Source: Utricularia gibba (Eukaryota; Plantae; Magnoliophyta). From it: a DNA stretch of 64,000 bases. Location of the stretch: the NCBI GenBank assembly GCA_002189035.1, contig NEEC01000029.1:124001-188000 (forward strand). The letters run 5' to 3'. Below are positions 60,941-64,000 of the stretch, piece by piece. The notes beneath the pieces are model-generated. The model made no database searches, was not told where the DNA came from, and saw only the letters and a program-made list of their open reading frames with translations. The position numbers and the translations under genes were made by a program. Positions within the stretch are counted from its first letter, which is position 1. Every line of letters begins with the position of its first letter.

Positions 60941-63532
60941 TCAGATTGGACTGGCTCTGGAGAACTGCATCCACGAAAAGCTTGAACTATGGATTCCGTA
61001 GTCGTTTGCACTAAAGAGATCGACCTGCAAAGGGAAGATGAGAATATGAAAGCAGTACCTGGTTTCCTATGCTTGCAGTGGCAGTCCAGCGCTGTGGATG
61101 GTGTGACACAGAGTCTGCTTCATTGATGAAGGCAATGGTTCTTGATTCTTCTTCTCTTTTGACAACAGGTGGCGGAGGCAAGTCTTTCATCACGAATAAA
61201 ATGAACGCTGAAGGCAGCGAAGACCCTGGATCGAAGGTCCATCCAGGTTACATGAATAAAAAAACATTTGACAGGTTTTTGTTTGCGGCAAGCGTTTGAC
61301 ATACAGATATTCAAATGAAGTACCTACGACATAGTATAACACCAGCAGAACGGAGCCAGAGACATCATCCATGAGTCCTTTCCATCCACAAAACGGCTAT
61401 GACATCATAGGATTAGGGAGCGAAAATGATCCGAACAACTTAAAGGGCATGGCAGGCATGAACTTACAGGTATATTTGTAGTTAACGATATTAAGGAGCT
61501 TGATGTGAAACTTATGATGGAGACAATGGCCAAACCAGCCACCTATCATATAGTGCAGAAAAATAACTTGCATCACTTGCAGTACAACACCCTTTGAAAC
61601 AAAATCTGTTGCATGCATTGGATGAAGTTGACTACAGAAAAATATCCAAATGGCTGATAAAAACACGTATGATGGTAGATGATGAAACTAACCTTCCGCA
61701 TCTCATTAGCGACCTGCACAGATCTAACTTTTTTCATTTTCAAGACTAGTACGAGTCCTGAAAACCAAATACGAAAAGGTAAATGAGAAAAATGCACTAG
61801 TTTGCATAGAAAGCTTAGAAATTTGTGATTTGTGAGCAGTATGAAAGACAGAACAAGGAAACAGGCATGCTAAAGATGCTCACCATAGGATGCCAAGGCC
61901 CCTCCTAGCAAAAGATTAACTACAGCAGTGACGGCTGCATATACCTGCAACACAATTCAGAGCTTAATGAATTTGCAAAGGTGGTCACGAGAGAGGGAAG
62001 GTGAGACAGCAAAAAACGTGCCTGAGCAACTATCCTGGAGTTCGTTGTGTTTTTTTCCCTCCAAACCCACATCAGCATTGTGGATGCAAAGGTTATGGCA
62101 AATACTAACACAGTTACCTGTCCATGATTTTTAAAAGCATGCAAGTTATATATACATATCAAATAGAGAAATTTTACAATGTATCCTTTTTACCAGAATC
62201 ACACTTTTCTGTCGAGAACCTATATCAATTGGCCAACTTGTGCACAACCTCCCGCAATTATTGCTACACGAATCAGGTAAATCCATCATTTCCAACAAGG
62301 GTTCCTGAGAGTTGTACTCGTCATCATCATAGTCATCATTTGACTGGTGGCAGACGTCTACCCTGTAAAGAAATGGAAAAGTTCCATGTACGGTGAAAGT
62401 AGAAGTCAAAAACACAAGAAATTTAACAGACTATAATATCAAGGCAATACAATGTTCACATTGCATTGTATTATTTTGATTCCATGCACGTTTCACATGA
62501 TAGTATGATAGTCAGGAAACAGTCACGCTGCATGTTCAAGAAGATACGGGCAACTTACCAGAATGACAAGAGTAGAAGATAAGCAGCAAAGAGCAGGATC
62601 TTAGGGAATTCTGAAACGATTAAAGCAGCCAAAAAAAATATGGAGTAACCGAACATATCCTTCAAAAACTAAAAGCGCAAAAGTGTGCGTTCATACCCAT
62701 TGCAAAAAATCCACACGAACATGACCAGCACACCCAACCCTTACAGGAAGCGACCACAGTCAACACAAAGTATAGGAAATACCCTGAAGTATATACAAAT
62801 AAAAAAACTGGATCAGTACTACAGGAAAATCAACTTCATGCCCTAAAGTAATTCCAGAAAAAGTATCAAAAGATAATAATGCTCACCCAAGTTGGAGGTT
62901 CCAACCAGAACATGGAAAACCTGAATTTATAGCATTACTCATCAAAATATAGTCGCAAATGATGGGAAAAAATGAATAGCATCTTACCTTTTGACGAGTC
63001 CATCCAAGCTGCACATTTCTTGAATGTATTCTTATCAACTAGAAAAAAAAAAGCAAAGAAAATTCCAGTCAGAACAAAAAGAAAAGAACTTTATAACAAT
63101 GCATAAAAAAAACACTACACGATACATATTTCGACTGCATCTTAGCGATAGAATGGCTTAAGGAAAAATCAATTTATAACAGAAACACAACCGAGTATTT
63201 TTGTTCAGAAAAAAAAAAAAACTCGCTCAGGTTCCTAATCACTTTCAATATTTGAAGGTAATCACTACATTTCCAAGAACTCTCATGCGCAAAATCAAAT
63301 GAAAGTCAACTAAAAGAAGTCCCTTCACCCCAAATCGTAATTACACGGCGACGTGATTAGAATCGGCTTAACCATTTCCCATTCATGCATTCAACGAGCG
63401 CTGGACAGCCAAAAAATCAATAAAAATAAAATCAAAGATGATAACCTGATAGAACGCAACAATGGAGACCACCCAACAAACAAACGCCAGCCCAACATTG
63501 ACCCCCACCACGGCTTCCCTCGTCTCCAACAT
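60941..63532 (-). CDS. TOM1-like / DUF1084 seven-TM protein (At3g59090/CAND3-like)
   Basis: Exons: MLETREAVVGVNVGLAF..VAFYQ / LGWTRQK / VFHVLVGTSNLG / FPKILLFAAYLLLLSFWVDVCHQ / IGSRQK / VRSVQVANEMRK / LLVLYYVVGSSLPSAFILFVMKDLPP / NQ-FSRASPI*. One GC-AG intron. Confidence 0.85.
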
Positions 63533-64000
63533 TTACAAAAGACCCTTCCTGTACGGCTGCCCTAACCCCAAAAATCCCCCAAATGGAAGGCCAATACACG
63601 AGGCCAAACTTTGTGTGAAGCAGTTCAGATCCTTGGATAGAAAGGGGGAAGGCAGGCACGAAGTAGAATGCAGAAGAGGCAGAACCCCAAATGATGGAAT
63701 GTAAAGACCAAAATATCCCCGTACACAAACAAGGCAAAATATTCCAGCAGTAAAGCTAACGGAGGAGTGCAGCCCTATATACCATCCCCCTTAGGAACCA
63801 GACACGGAAGAACAGCCTCCGATGATAAACCGAAAGTATATCCACTCTCATCCCGTTGATTCCAATGCCCACTTCCCCCACCGACGCATCTAAAGATCTC
63901 CGTCACCTTCCACCCCCAATGACACCAATCCACCCACCCAAATCAGCGGGAATCATAGCCCATGTATGCATATACATAGGTATGCACGCGCGCGTTTGTG

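Noticed and set aside
63432-63737. 101-aa ORF at the 5' end of the DUF1084 gene
   Set aside because: Wrong frame. The homologous first exon is MLETREAVVGVNVG from 63532.

Overview
Gene-dense angiosperm (probably eudicot) nuclear DNA with mostly short (~75-100 bp) introns. There are 16 apparently functional genes: CYP707A, BTAF1/MOT1, DUF599, a UBP20/21-like USP, TMX2-like, class III peroxidase, alpha/beta hydrolase, TAF10, ABC1K11-like, malectin LRR-RLK, OBAP/DUF1264, AWPM-19, RimM-family, RPAC2, Lhcb1 and a TOM1/DUF1084 membrane protein. There are also two decayed pseudogenes (PEX4 and a divergent Lhcb1 copy) and a patatin gene split by a young, full-length Ty1/copia LTR retrotransposon (25791-31137, minus strand, GTCCC TSD, 390-bp LTRs differing at 2 sites). 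The most unusual object is this retrotransposon. Its PBS matches the 3' end of tRNA-Trp rather than tRNA-iMet. Its polyprotein ORF reads through the PPT and 73 codons into the 3' LTR. The 5' LTR adds the same peptide in frame to the truncated host patatin. Its protease motif is D-C-A. Seven single-base losses at short G/C runs break otherwise conserved genes, which is most likely a long-read assembly artefact. Six GC-AG introns were found. All gene identities come from recalled family motifs; no database search was run.
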